A stretch of 64,000 nt of DNA from Eledone cirrhosa (GCA_964016885.1 OZ024740.1:394382001-394446000); one strand, 5' to 3'. Positions 11,501-26,119 are shown, counted from the stretch's first letter. Notes: a model not told the origin generated them from the sequence alone. Program-made: numbers and translations.

Positions 11501-12345
11501 GCAAGTGCGACGACGTGCTCGGTGAAACCCTGGGCGTAGAGAAGACGAACTGGCCAGTCTGTTCGGTAGGACCTTCCGCCCGGGACCGATGTACAATTTC
11601 CAAAAGTTCCTGGCCTGGCAGTGCTACCGAGGAGCTCTACCAGTTCGAGACAAGCTCTACAGACATAGGCCCCGGACAGGGACCCTGCAAAAAAGATCTG
11701 TCCGAGGTGCGTGCGAGACGAAGAAACCGTTGCGCACGCATTCATACTCGGCGTCACCGAGCTGTGGGGCTATGTAGAACGACTATTGTCACGGGTGGGA
11801 CCAATCCGGTTGACCACCGAGTCCATTGTGATCATCAAACTGCCACCCTCCTTCAAAAATGAAGGAGAGGCGGTTTTCCTTTGTGTGATAGCTATGGCGA
11901 AAGAGGTTGTATGGTGGACAAGGTTGAAAGGGCTGAGGGCAGACACCTTTCTCTCCGGCCAACAACTGATTCTTTTTTTCAAATACCACTTTGGAAGAAG
12001 AATCAGGATGGAGAGAGGTGCTGTCCCCCAGCGAGTTTTATGAAAGGTGGGTGAAAGTGGCGAGAATGGCCCGAGTGAATGGGCCTTCTCTCTATATCAG
12101 TCTGTAGGTTGAGGAAAAAGAGGAGGAGAGGAAAGGAGTACAAATTCTTCGTACGCCTAAAGATGAGGGTTGCACATTTTTTTCGGGGGTATGTGTTACC
12201 CATATGTAATGTCTCCCCCTATTGGGGAAAATCGACTAATTTTTAAATTACATTTGTGATAATATTTTACACGTTTTTATTGTATGTAAACTTCCCCCTT
12301 TGTATTTGTCCCCTTATTTTGTGCCCCTGTGGCTAATAAAGAAAC
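8506..12345 (+). mobile_element. Tx1/L1-clade LINE with disrupted ORF2 (APE-RT-zinc finger)
   Basis: [59 protein letters not shown]2 is split by a frameshift near 8890 and stops at 9419 and 10844. AATAAA at 12335. Confidence 0.9.
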
Positions 12346-12911
12346 ATATCTATCTACCTATTAACATTTCTTAGCCTGCCAACCTGCCTCAACACCAAAA
12401 TCGCAAGCATCACCGCCACGAACAGCGTCACCAGCACTATCGTCACAGATATAGTTACTTATCTCCCATCCACATCCACTAATTCTACATCACCGTTGTT
12501 CTCCTCTTCAAATCTCCACCGATGACGCCTCTTCTTTCAGTTATTAAATGAAGCAAACCCATTAACACAAATTGATCGATCTGTCTTTCTTTATATCTTG
12601 TACGATTTGAAATGCCAAGGAAATCTTTGCTGACCTTACGAGCTGGGCGGTCGGATGGGTCAGTATTCAATTGACCGCTCCTTAACAAATTCTCTCCATT
12701 GAATAACACAAAACTATTGATTAAGATATTTTAAAACAAACCTTTCTAAAGAATAATAGTCACTTTTTGGAAGTGACTGTGTGCTTGGTTGATTTCGAGA
12801 TCTTTCTATGCAGCCTTTCAATATCTCATTTTATCACAAACCTACTTTCTTTTTTCTTTCTTTCTCTTTTATTTTCTTTCTTTGTTTTTCTTTCTTTATA
12901 TCTCACCCTTA

Positions 12912-13049
<138 letters not shown>

Positions 13050-13318
13050 TGCTCTTTGTATCTCAAATCTCTTACTTTACATCCACTTTCTCACTACATA
13101 TTATTTTCTGCTTTCACTCACCACATCATAAGCTACTATTCCTTATCCAGGCATCTCTTCCCTCCCTCTCTCTCTCTATTATATATATATATATATATAC
13201 TATATCAAGCGTAAAACTAATAATATATTTCTTCATTGTACTGTGTCGTTTGCTTTGTTATTTCTGTTTGCCTTTTGCATATATATTATATATATATATA
13301 GATAGATAAATAGATATA

Positions 13319-16300
13319 TTTCTATTTATTGCCACGAGGGCGCAAAAGAAGGGGACAAATAAAAAGGGGGAGTTTAAACAAAAAGGCGAGTAAAGAAAAC
13401 AAATAAATATAAAATTAACAATAAAGTCCTCAATAGGGAGAAGGCATTTTGGGGGTTCGCACACACCCCCGAATAAAGTGTGCAACCCCTCTCCCCAGGA
13501 GCACAGAGAGAGGGTGCTCCCTCGTTCCTTCATCTTTTCCATCTACAGGCTGATGTAGAGAGAAGGCCCATTCACACGGGCCATTCTCGCCAATTTCCTC
13601 CACCTTTCATAAAAACGACTGGGGTGGGGCACCTCTCTCTCCATCCTAATCCTTCTTCCGAAATGATATCGGTTGTAGGCCAGAGAGAAAGGTGCCCGAC
13701 CTCAGTCCTTTCAGACGCGTCCACCATACAACCTCTTTCACCATAGCTATTACGCACAGAAACACCGCCTCTCCTTCATTTTTGAAGGGGGGAGGCGGCT
13801 TAATCGTTACAATGGCTTCAGTGGTCAACCGGATCGGTCCCACCCGTGACAGCAGTCGTTCGACATAGGCCCACAGATCGACGAACGCCCGAGCAGTGTA
13901 CCAATGCGTGTGCAACGGTTTCCTCGTCGCACACGCATCTGGGACAGATCTTTTTGGCGGAGTCTCTACCCGCGCGCTCGTGTCTGTAGAGCCTTTCTCG
14001 AACGGGCAGAGCCCCTCGGTAGCACTGCCAGGCCAGGCACCTCTGGAAGTTATCCATGGGTCCTGCGCTGAATGTCCTACCGAACAGGTTGGCCAGTTCG
14101 TCTTCCTCCATGCCTAGGGCTTCTCCGAGGGCCTCGTCGCACCTGCTAACCACCAGCCCTCTATAGAATGACGAGGTGGATTCTTCACTGACAGCCGGGT
14201 CCGCCTGCCAGAGAGCCGTGAGCGCCTGGGCACACTCGGTGTGCCAGGCGCCCAGTTTTCTCGGTCTTTGCTTGACCCAGGATTGCAGCTCGGTGAGCGA
14301 GACGAGTCTGGGAAAGGCTCACCTCACAAACGGGGCCCACACCGGTTGACCGGTGAGGAATACCTGGAGGTGCCGTAGCCTTAATGCGTGTTTACGTATC
14401 ATCGGCCACGGCATCCCCAGCCCTCCTTTCGAAGGGTGTTGACAGAAGATGGATCTCCTCATCATAGGAGCCCGCTTCTTCCAAAGGAATTGGAAGAGTG
14501 CGCGCTCCATTTTGGCGTTGTGTTTCCCTTGGGCAAGGCACAACGGTCAGGCGGTAGTAGATGACGGACGCTATATAAGTGTTCGCCACTTCCGCCCGAC
14601 CTTTCAGGGACAGATAGCACTCGGCCCACTTCTGGGTCAGTGCAAACACCCTGTTCGTTAGCTCACCCCAGTTCTTCTCCACCTGGAGATCTGGTCCGAA
14701 CCAGACCCCGAGCAACTTCACCGGGCCCTCCGTCTAGCGCCCGACGACGCCATCGGAGGGCATCGATCAGCCCTCCACTTGCCGAGTTGCAGACCGATCG
14801 ACTTGTCCTGGTTCAGCTTAGCCCCTGTAAACCTTTCGTACTCCTTCAGTAAGGTACCGATCGCCCGATTTCCGAAGCCGTCGACACCATTACTGTTACG
14901 TCATCGGCGTAGGCCGACACCGCTTTCCGCAATCCCGGTTCCAACGGGATTCCCTGCAACAACTCCAACTTCCGCAGCAGTGGCTCTAGAGTCATTACAT
15001 ACAGAAGGGAGAAGAGAGGGCACCCTTGTCGGATGGACGGCGCGATTTCGAACGGCTCTGAGAGTTAGCCGTTCACCTTGACCCTAGAGCAGATGCGGCT
15101 GCTGTGCATGGCAGTGATCCAGCCCCTGAAATCGGGTCCGAAGCCTGCCGCCGCTAGCACCGCATCCAGGTAACTATGGTCGACCCTATCGAACGCCTTA
15201 GATTGATCCAAGTTGATCAGAGCCCCACCAAAGCCGGGTTGGTTCCCAACCCTCTCTATGATGTATCGCATGATGTGAAGGTTGTCGTGGATGGACCTGG
15301 ACGGGATAGCACATGTCTGCGCATCTCCCACCAGGTTGCCCACGACAAGCGCCAACCTCTTTGCTAGCACCTTGGCCAAAATCTGTAACTCTGTATTTAG
15401 CAGAGTTATGGGCCTGAAATTATTTATATCGTCCCCCTTGTTCTCGTCCTTCCTCACTAGCGTGACTACACCCTTGGTCACAGCACAGCGAATTCTCCCG
15501 TTCTGTTGCCAGTTGCAGTAGACCGCCTCGAGGAGATCGGGGAACAAGTCTGGCATAGCTAGATATAGTTCGTATGGAAGACCATCGAGACCCGGGGATT
15601 TGCGTTTGCCGCATTGGCTCAGCACGTCCTCTATCTCAGCGGCTGAAATCAGCTCCTCGCAAGACTCCGCCTCCCTGTCCGAGAGACGCGACAGGCCGTC
15701 GAGGTATGGACCGAAGTCCACTTCCCCAACCGGTTCCCGGCCTCTTCCGAACAATCTGGCAAAGTGCTTTTGAAAAGCCTCGCACATCTGCTTAGGTTCA
15801 AGGATCCCCCGTCCATCCTGGTCTCGCAAAGACCGGATAGTGGATCTACTCCCTCTTTTGGCTTCTGTCACGCAGGCCCAGCTAACAGCTTTGATCCCCT
15901 CGTTTCCCAGAGCACGTATTTTGCTTCGGACGATGCAGCCTTCGTGTTTCGCGTCGAAGAACTGGCCCAGGGCCGTTCTCGACGCTAGCACTCTGGCCAC
16001 GTCGCCGCTTCTAATTGCCTCTTCTACACTATCTACCAACTCCCTTTCCTTCCTATTTCTATTTGAGGCTAACTCCTTACTAAATTCTATAGAGACTACT
16101 CTAATCTGTCTTTTGAGAGATCCCCACCATCTGCTGTTGACGATGGCGCCCGTCAACCGCTCCTTAACTAAAGTGTTAATCCAGTCCCTATAAGCCTTAC
16201 TTGCCGGTAAGGACAAGTTGAGCTTCCAGTAACCGGGTCCCTGTCTATGCGTTCTGTCAAGGTTGACCATGCAGGTCACTAACTTGTGGTCTGACTAGCC

Positions 16301-17195
16301 AACCATGAGCATTTTTGGACAACTTAAAAACTCCTTATCATTATCATTCTAACTAAGAACCTATCTAGGTACGACCCAGATGATCCGCTGCGGTTTGCCC
16401 AAGTCCAGGCTGGCGTAGTCGGAAAATCTAGTCGATATCTATTGGCCAGGTCAAATCGGCCGATTAACCCTTTGAGGCTGTTACACCCCTCTCTATCGGA
16501 ACAGGCCCCTACGTAGTCCCAACGTGCATCTAGGATACCATTCCAGTCCCCCACTAATAGAAAAGTCTCCAGACGATGGAAGAAGTCCGGCCGCGTTGAC
16601 CCGAAAGGGCCGTAGACGGCTACCAGCCTAAACGCTCCGCCTTCACCACTGCCAAGGTCCAGAACAACTAGTCGACCATGCGGGTCCAAATGTACCGGCT
16701 GTTTTGCGAGACCCAGATGTTTTTGCAGCAGAACGACAATCCCACCCCCACCTCCGGTCTGACAGAGAGATGCGTGCATCTCAAAGTCATCAAAGGTGGG
16801 AGCCAGCTGTCACACGTTGCTGATCCGGGCCTCGCAAATAACCATCACATCTATACGTTGTGACCTGAGGTCATTTAGAAGCATTGCTTGCTTCCAAGTT
16901 GAGCCCAGGCCACGCGCATTTAGACAGCCTACTCTTAGCATAGCCATGTTGGTGGTGAAGAGAAAAGGCACTTACCTCTCTGCATCCCGGGTAACGGGCT
17001 CTTCGTCTCATGGGGACCAGGCTGCACAATTTCCATGGGGGTGTTGGAGGGTATGTTTGATGGGGTGGTGGTTTCTCTTCGTCTCCTGGGGACCAGGCTG
17101 CACAATTTTTATGGGGGTGTTGGTGGTGTTTTTTGGTGGGGTGGTGGTCTCTGGCGGGGTGGGGACGGTGATGTTTGGTGGGGAGGCAGTGTCAG
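13319..17195 (-). mobile_element. Second, diverged copy of the same Tx1-like family; disrupted ORF2
   Basis: ORF pieces 16324-16779, 15065-16279, 14392-14721, 14319-14543, 13818-14153 and 13646-13915 are colinear with the copy at 8.5-12.3 kb; CPRC...H...C zinc finger; AATAAA near 13330. Confidence 0.9.
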
Positions 17196-17303
17196 AAACT
17201 GAATGTTCTAATTAAACATTTTTTATTAAGTAGGGAATTTTTTATTAAAAAAAATGTTGTTGTTGTGGCCGGTATTATGAGGTTGTAATTAATATATTTA
17301 TTA

Positions 17304-18187
17304 CTAGCAGTAAAGCCCGGCGTTGCTCGGGGTCGCTCAGTAGCTGTGTTAAAGTTACAATGTTAAGTTTCTTTTTTGGCTTAAAAACTGTAGTGTCTAC
17401 TGTGCAGACTTGCATGTGGTGTTTTTGATTAATATTCCCTCAACCAACAATATGCCTTATGAAGTTAAGAAAACATAACGATAACCCGAATGTTATAACA
17501 AAAGAGGATGCTGGGGATAGAAACTGCACTGGTTATTTATTAACAAAGATCGAAAATGTAAACACTGCAACGCAGAGAAAAACATTAGCGTAACCAAATT
17601 ATCAGTTATGTCTGTCTGCACGCCTATATCACCTCTCTGCACGACTGTCTGTCTGCACGCCTATATCACCTCTCTGCACGACTGTCTGTCTGCACGCCTA
17701 TATCACCTCTCTGCACGACTGTCTGTCTGCACGACTGTCTGTCTGCACGCCTAACGACGAAATATTTGCTTGTTTTACGTAGTCTTTAAATAGACTTGTT
17801 TTCAAGTAAAAATATTGTTTTAAAATGCTTTTAAATGGAAATGAAGCAAAACGGAAGCTTAGTGTTCGAACTGATGAATTTTGCAGGTCAATATTTTGCT
17901 GGCTCGACAACTGTTAAAGCCAGCGTAATTTTTTAATTTTTTACGTAAGACGCTCAATGTAAACAGAACAAAGGGAAATAACTGATCACTTACGCTCAAA
18001 AATCGATACATTATATTCGATTTCGTCACATAGGGTGGGTCAATTTGAAATTTTTTTTTCCGATGTCTTCGCTAGGGCTCAATGTACAAGTATAGCAATT
18101 TCGGTGCAATTCCGTCAGAGATTCTAAGAGGAGATGTGTGCCAAAAATCGATAGACAGACAGACAACCACAGTTTTATATATATAGA
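17304..18187 (-). mobile_element. Non-autonomous Helitron, longer variant with internal 37-bp minisatellite
   Basis: Same termini as 6608-7133 plus an extra segment of about 360 bp (about 17585-17942) holding about 3 copies of TGTCTGTCTGCACGCCTATATCACCTCTCTGCACGAC. Confidence 0.85.
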
Positions 18188-18389
18188 TAACACATATTTT
18201 AAAAAGTGGCCGGTGTACGGTTTGAAGGAGTGACCGGTTTTGTAAAGAAAAATTATATTAATTTTAACACCATTTTGCTTTTTAAACAACCGCTTTAGAG
18301 AGGTGGTCGGTTTTATGACGGACCGGTTTAGAGAACTCTTACTGTATAGTATAGTATTTATCAATTGGCAGCAAGTCGCTACATACATA

Positions 18390-18464
18390 GATTAGCATGG
18401 GCCTCCTATCCTCGTGTGGCCCCCGGGCAACTGCCCAACGTGCCCATGCATTAAGACGGCCCTG
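18390..18464 (-). mobile_element. Probable hAT-type transposon or MITE terminus
   Basis: Minus strand starts CAGGGCCGTCTTAA followed by GGGC-rich subterminal motifs; no partner end found. Confidence 0.45.
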
Positions 18465-19500
18465 TGTATATATGTATGTATGTATGTAGGCATGCATGCA
18501 TATATGTATGTGTGTATGTATGTTTATGTATGTATTTGTATGCATATTTATATATATTTGTGTATTTGAACATGTATATTTGGTTACCAGAAATTACTTT
18601 ATTGCTTTTCTTTGAAAATGAGGTTTTATAGAAGCATCTGTAAAGCCCTTACATATCCAAAGCAACAGCTTCCTTTGCTAAATTGCAATATCTTATCTGG
18701 TACATTAGATGTCGTACTAAAACACCAATTGATGGGTTCCGAACAGGTGTCTATTACACTATGGATATGTGTCCAGCACTCTTTACAGGACTCACCTAGA
18801 ACTATTTCCATATTGCATTCATTGCGTCACATCTGTATGTATACTTGGTGGGATAAATTCTGTCATGTTGATTTCTACAAACATTTGGTTCATTAAACTA
18901 AGTCTTTTTTCATCCACTTCATTTCAGATGTACTACTTATGTAATTCTAGACAGCCAAATTCATGATAGCCGGAAGAAAAATATTTGAGAATGAAAATAT
19001 GATCTGTAAAAGGAAAAATCTTATTTACTGAATTAAATACATGAATTCGAAGAAATTTACGTTCGTCAGATGGGAAAGATATCAAAACGCATGTGATTGC
19101 ACCGTAAAGAAACTTGCAATTCTAGTGTTATTTGGATATAAGTTATTTGGAAATATACTGAAATGAAAAATATGTAATATTCCCATTCTATAAACTTCAT
19201 GTCTCAAATCAAGTGAAAAAAAACGTAAAAGAAAATAAATTTCTTGGAAAGTTCGAACCATATCTAGATGGATAATGATACTGAGTGGATTATATTTAGT
19301 CTGATTTAGTTTGATTTAATTTTATTTAGATTGAATTGATATATAATCTAATTCTAATTTAATGCGACTATTTTAACGATTATCTGCCCCTGATGTATGT
19401 AGAACAAAAATATAACATTCCCGATATAATATAACAGAAAATATACGTAACAGATCATCACCCATTAACTACACTCATGCCATCTAGATATCTTAACTAT

Positions 19501-19581
19501 ATAAGCCCACTGAACGGGAAACGATGGTCGTCAGCATGTGATGTGTGCTGATAACCATCTTTTTCCGTTCAGTGGGCTTAT
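19501..19581. repeat. 81-bp imperfect hairpin (mini-MITE or pre-miRNA-like)
   Basis: ATAAGCCCACTGAACGG/CCGTTCAGTGGGCTTAT outer stem, with pairing continuing to a small loop. Confidence 0.75.
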
Positions 19582-19605
19582 CGCCCCTTATTATTAGACT
19601 TGCCA

Positions 19606-19935
19606 TTCTGAGTTCAAATTCCGCCGAGGTTAACTTTGCCTCTCATCCTTACGGGGTCGATAAAATAAAGTACCAGTAATACACTGGGGTAATTGCTGGC
19701 CTTGTGCCAAAAGTAGAAACAATTATTAGACTATTAGAAAGCGGTGGATTGGCAGTTTCGGTAGAGGGTCGGACGCCATGCTTTGCAGTATGGAGTTACC
19801 GCTCTTTACGGTCTGAGTTCAAATCCCGCTGAGGTTAACTTTGTCTTTCATCGTTACGGGGGTCGATAAAATAAAGTACCAGTAATGCACTGAGACAATT
19901 GCTGGCCTTGTGGCAAAAGTAGAAACAAATTTTAG
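19606..19935 (+). mobile_element. Two tandem tRNA-derived SINE copies, the first 5'-truncated
   Basis: A-box-like TGGCAGTTTCGG, B-box GAGTTCAAATCC, conserved core and (ATT)-rich tail. Confidence 0.85.
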
Positions 19936-20128
19936 ACTATTTTATTTCGTCAAAGTTACGGCGATAGCTTCAAATTCAATTTTCATATATATATATATAT
20001 ATTAGGGTAATCATTGATGCAATTCACTTCAAGCACTCAACGTACTTTTTCCACATAGGAGTGACGGAGTAAATATCGAATAAGTAAAAGCGAAGTAGTT
20101 TCAGATGTTCAAGTCCTTTAATAATAAT

Positions 20129-20202
20129 GCTGTGATATATATTTCAATGACGACACTGGCCACACTGTTCTGTGTGCGAGTGTTGTGACATCATCAGACA
20201 GC
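20129..20202 (-). ncRNA. Type I hammerhead ribozyme with long stem II
   Basis: GCTGT-CTGATGA-[TGTCACAACACT...CACAC/GTGTG...AGTGTCGTCATT]-GAAA-TATATA-TC^ACAGC; perfect 5-bp stem I and palindromic stem III. Confidence 0.8.
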
Positions 20203-21767
20203 TTGTTACATAATAAGGTTGTTTCCGAGGCAATCCAAATTGAATCGACATGGGAACGGATGAAGTTCGTGCTTTTGGGTTTTTCATCCGTTCCCTTGTG
20301 AGTACCAATTCACCCCCACCGGTCTGCGCAAGCGCATGTCCGAAGGAAGTTGACCATTAGCACCGCAGATTTCAACGAAATTCGCTGTCAGTGGCCCACC
20401 TATGCCTTGCCAAAATTTACTGCTACCCATCGCTACTGTGGCAGTCAGCCGAAAGCCAGAGGGGATGGGAGGGTGTTAGTTTTTATAGGTCATAATACTA
20501 CCTTTCACTAAGCGTTGACAGTAAGACTGACCATCAACTCATTGAAATATATATCACAGTGTCGTCATTGAAATATATATCACAGCATTATTATTAAAGG
20601 ACTTGAACATCTGAAACTACTTCGCTTTTACTTATTCGATATTTACTCCGTCACTCCTATGTGGAAAAAGTACGTTGAGTGCTTGAATTGAATTGCATCA
20701 ATATTTACCCTAATAATTAAGCTCCGATTAGTTGAGCGCTCTATGATGTAACCGATATGGTGGAGAAGAGAGGAACCAACCAAGAGCTACCCCGGAAATC
20801 CCCTCTACCATGGGGATGAAAAACCCCTGACACTGGACGGGCGTAATAGTATCTTTCGGCAGGATAAATACGCGGAAACAAAAAATAAGATAAACCCCTA
20901 TTTTCCTGCACCAAATCGCTTCTGAACAGAGGCCCCCTCAATTCAATCTATACATGGACAGATGGACAATCATATGGATCATTTTACATATATGTACTCT
21001 GTGTTTTTGCATTTATTCACTATTGTCTCTGTTCTTTTCTTTTCTTTTGTGTACATTTTGTCTGTTTTTCTTTGACTCTGTTCCATGTGATGGAAAGTAT
21101 GACCGTGTAACGGACTGACTAATGCCTTGAACCATGTGGTTTGCCCTCCGTTATAAGGTCCGGCACTGCCGTTCAATATCTGTAACACTAGAATCCCTCC
21201 CAGAACATATTACTTAAACATCTCTCTCATATTATTTACTCACTTCAATGTATATCTTTACTTAATCCGAATTATCACTTGAAAAAAATTTTTGAATTTA
21301 GAATTTTTGAATTCTTTATTGTTTAAGATTTAGGATTTTAACCTTTAATTTTAATTTTTATTCCCAACTCTCACTCTTAACTTACTATGTAAAACCATAG
21401 TACCTAGAATTAAGTTTATTTTACCTTATGAGTTGATGGTCAGTCTTACTGTCAACGCTTAGTGAAAGGTAGTATTATGACCTATAAAAACTAACACCCT
21501 CCCATCCCCTCTGGCTTTCGGCTGACTGCCACAGTAGCGATGGGTAGCAGTAAATTTTGGCAAGGCATAGGTGGGCCACTGACAGCGAATTTCGTTGAAA
21601 TCTGCGGTGCTAATGGTCAACTTCCTTCGGACATGCGCTTGCGCAGACCGGTGGGGGTGAATTGGTACTCACAAGGGAACGGATGAAAAACCCAAAAGCA
21701 CGAACTTCATCCGTTCCCATGTCGATTCAATTTGGATTGCCTCGGAAACAACCTTATTATGTAACAA

Positions 21768-21841
21768 GCTATCTGATGATGTCACAACACTCGCACACAG
21801 AACAGTGTGGCCAGTGTCGTCATTGAAATATATATCACAGC
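21768..21841 (+). ncRNA. Type I hammerhead ribozyme (sense copy, one stem I mismatch); predicted cut after 21836
   Basis: GCTAT-CTGATGA-long stem II-GAAATATATATC^ACAGC. Confidence 0.75.
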
Positions 21842-21888
21842 ATTATTATTAAAGGACTTGAACATCTGAAACTACTTCGCTTTTACTT

Positions 21889-21995
<107 letters not shown>

Positions 21996-22593
21996 GAAAG
22001 ACGTAAAATAAGAACATTTTAAAAATTAACTTACTAAAATTTTCACTCCAACTAATTAGTTTCTGTAAGGGAATAAATATAGTTACGTAACGCAACTATA
22101 GAGAAGTCCTTACGTTATCAGGGAGTCTATTCTCAGCTAGGTTCCCAGGCAATGCGCGGACACTAGGAACCCATATAAAAATAATAATAATTCAGTGGAT
22201 GGAACAAAGCTAGCGGGGACTAAATTCCAGGGCACTGAAAAAATTCACTGCCTACTTGGTCAGTGGCAAACTCTAAAGATTCAATCACGTGACACTGAGG
22301 TTAATCAGTGAGGAGTAGGGTGGTATTATGACAAGAGCCTAACTACTACCATGAACCATAGCAGTAAATTTCGACAAGTTTTGGTCAACAAATAATTTGG
22401 AGATAAATATAGTGGATTAGTATATCTACCAACATATGTATACAGATGTATACCCATGCTAGCAAATATATATGTTATGTGTTAGTACCTTTGTGGTTCT
22501 ATGCAGGTAGATGCAGAAAAATTATATGAAAGACGTAAAATAAAAAAATTTATGGGTATACATCTGTATACATATGTTGGTAGATATACTAAT

Positions 22594-22741
<148 letters not shown>

Positions 22742-22754
22742 TATATATATATAT

Positions 22755-23516
<762 letters not shown>

Positions 23517-23623
23517 ATAATAATAAATTTGAAGACTAAAATCCAAAGAGGGCTCGATAAGGATAAATATATATCAAATATATAAGAACCGTAGAGCAAA
23601 TATTTATTAAAATAACAGATTAA

Positions 23624-23674
23624 AGTTTAAGCAAAGAATCGCTGTTTTCACCCTTAACGGGATCTTCTGAAACT
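23624..23674 (-). ncRNA. Hammerhead variant (CAGAAGA box)
   Basis: AGTTT-CAGAAGA-TCCC-GTTAA-GGGT-GAAA-ACA..TGC-TT^AAACT; one stem III mismatch. Confidence 0.55.
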
Positions 23675-24319
23675 AACAAAGTCAATCTGTAAACGCAGAA
23701 GTGAATATTTAAAAAAACGCTGCAACCGGAGGGAGACAGGAAGACGATACTTTGGTTCGTGGAAACGTTCCCTGGCAAAGAACGGGTAAAAAAACCGAAT
23801 ATAATACCTCATTATTTGGAGCGGTGAAAAACAATTACACGCAAAGACAGAACCACGTTTATGGTATAAAAGAAGTCGTAGACTAATATTCTCTTACGTG
23901 GTTCATAGAGACGTTCTCTGGCAATGAACGGAAAAAACGAAGATAATACGTCATATGTGGTGCGTGGAGAACAATTGCACGCAAAGACAAAACCACGTAA
24001 ATGGTATAGCTGAAGTCGTAGACTAAAATTCTAACTAGGAAACCGAATGATTCCCCGCTTCAGAGTTAAGAATAAAGTAAATAAAATACAGAGGTAATTG
24101 AAATTAAATAAATACATACACGCATCCAAATACGTACATACACAAGCATACGCGAAAACATTCGCCATAGGTATACAAATACACGCACATATACATATGT
24201 GTGTGTGTGTGTGTGTGTGTGCGTGTATACAAATAATTAAATAAACTTATATAAATAAATAAATACGGTTGCAACGTTTTTTGAAATATTCACTTCTACG
24301 TTTACAGATTGACTTTGTT

Positions 24320-24370
24320 AGTTTCAGAAGATCCCGTTAAGGGTGAAAGCAGCAATTCTTTGCTTAAACT
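24320..24370 (+). ncRNA. Hammerhead variant (CAGAAGA box), all three stems formed
   Basis: AGTTT-CAGAAGA-TCCC-GTTAA-GGGT-GAAA-GCA-(9 nt)-TGC-TT^AAACT. Confidence 0.65.
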
Positions 24371-25298
24371 TTAATCTATTATTTTAATATATATATATAT
24401 ATATATATAATAGTGTGACGGAATTGTTTATATACTAACCGATTTAAAAGGTCACCTATTAAGGTTGTGATAGCCCGTCGTGGACCCAGCCTGAAATTAA
24501 TTCATTGGAAGTATATTTATATGATAACAACACTTACACAAACTCACTAGATTACATGCTAACACATCGTAATCGCAGGATTCTTCGGTAATGAGGTTCA
24601 ACGAATAATTATTATTATTTCCTATCTACGAAATTAATTTTTAGTGAAGAGATAAAATGAAAATAAATACATAGTGCACGCCTTTAATGAAATACTATAT
24701 CACCCGTGTCCCGTTGGGTCACGTTCACTTAAAAATATTTTTTTTAATCGTGTTTACTTAAAAATAATGTTTAAATAATTGAAATATACGCAGACATGTA
24801 TATAATGTAAAATGAAATTGGAAGGCCCATATATATATGTGTGTGTGTCTGTGTGTGTATATATATATATATATAAAAATAATAATAATTCAGTGGATGG
24901 AACAAAGCTAGCGGGGACTAAATTCCAGGGCACTGAAAAAATTCACTGCCTACTTGGTCAGTGGCAAACTCTAAAGAATCAATCACGTGACACTGAGGTT
25001 AATCAGTGAGGAGTGGGGTGGTATTACGACAAGAGCCTTACTACTACCATGAACCATAGCAGTAAATTTCGACAAGTTTTGCTCAACAAATAATTTGGAG
25101 TTAAATATAGAGGATTAGTATATCTACCAACATATGTATACATATGTATACAGATGTATACCCATGCTAGCAAATATATATGTTATGTCTTAGTACCTTT
25201 GTGGTTCTATGCAGGGGGATGCAGAAAAATTATATGAAAGACGTAAAATAAGAAAATTTATGGGTATACATCTGTATACATATGTTGGTAGATATACT

Positions 25299-25394
<96 letters not shown>

Positions 25395-25447
25395 GTATAT
25401 ATATGTATATATATATGTATATATATATATATGTATATATGTATATA

Positions 25448-25515
<68 letters not shown>

Positions 25516-25538
25516 GTATATATATATGTATATATATG

Positions 25539-25587
<49 letters not shown>

Positions 25588-25590
25588 ATA

Positions 25591-25688
<98 letters not shown>

Positions 25689-25756
25689 ACCCATCACTTC
25701 ATATAAGTAGGCCGAATTACTTGCAAACCGCCAGAGATTCGATTTTACTGATTCCC

Positions 25757-25825
<69 letters not shown>

Positions 25826-25854
25826 TTATATATATATATATATATATGTGAATG

Positions 25855-25886
<32 letters not shown>

Positions 25887-25891
25887 CATAT

Positions 25892-26034
25892 ATCACCTTG
25901 ATCACCTTGACCGACCAGTCTGCCGGGTGTCCATTCAGCGTCGCTGGTCACAGCACGCCGTCCATTACTCTCTGGATCGTGCTTTCCTCATCCAGGTATT
26001 CCCAATCGTATTCTTAAAATCGTAACTCCACCCT
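25892..26034 (-). mobile_element. LINE 3' end (probably RTE) with (TCAAGGTGA)2 tail, inserted in (TA)n
   Basis: Tandem 9-bp terminal repeat; residual KARSRE*W translation resembles the RTE C-terminal DRxxWR motif. Confidence 0.5.
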
Positions 26035-26048
26035 ATATATATATATAC

Positions 26049-26119
<71 letters not shown>

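Larger units (their letters stand above)
23513..24390 (-). mobile_element. Non-coding PLE-type element with inverted arms, each carrying a hammerhead variant
   Basis: Arms at about 23605-23728 and 24266-24390 are inverted; internal tandem duplication of about 145 bp; (TA)n flanks. Confidence 0.7.

Noticed and set aside
20470-20541. Pistol-ribozyme-like CTAAGCGTTGA with a following hairpin
   Set aside because: No credible P1 stem and no GU cleavage site at the expected junction.
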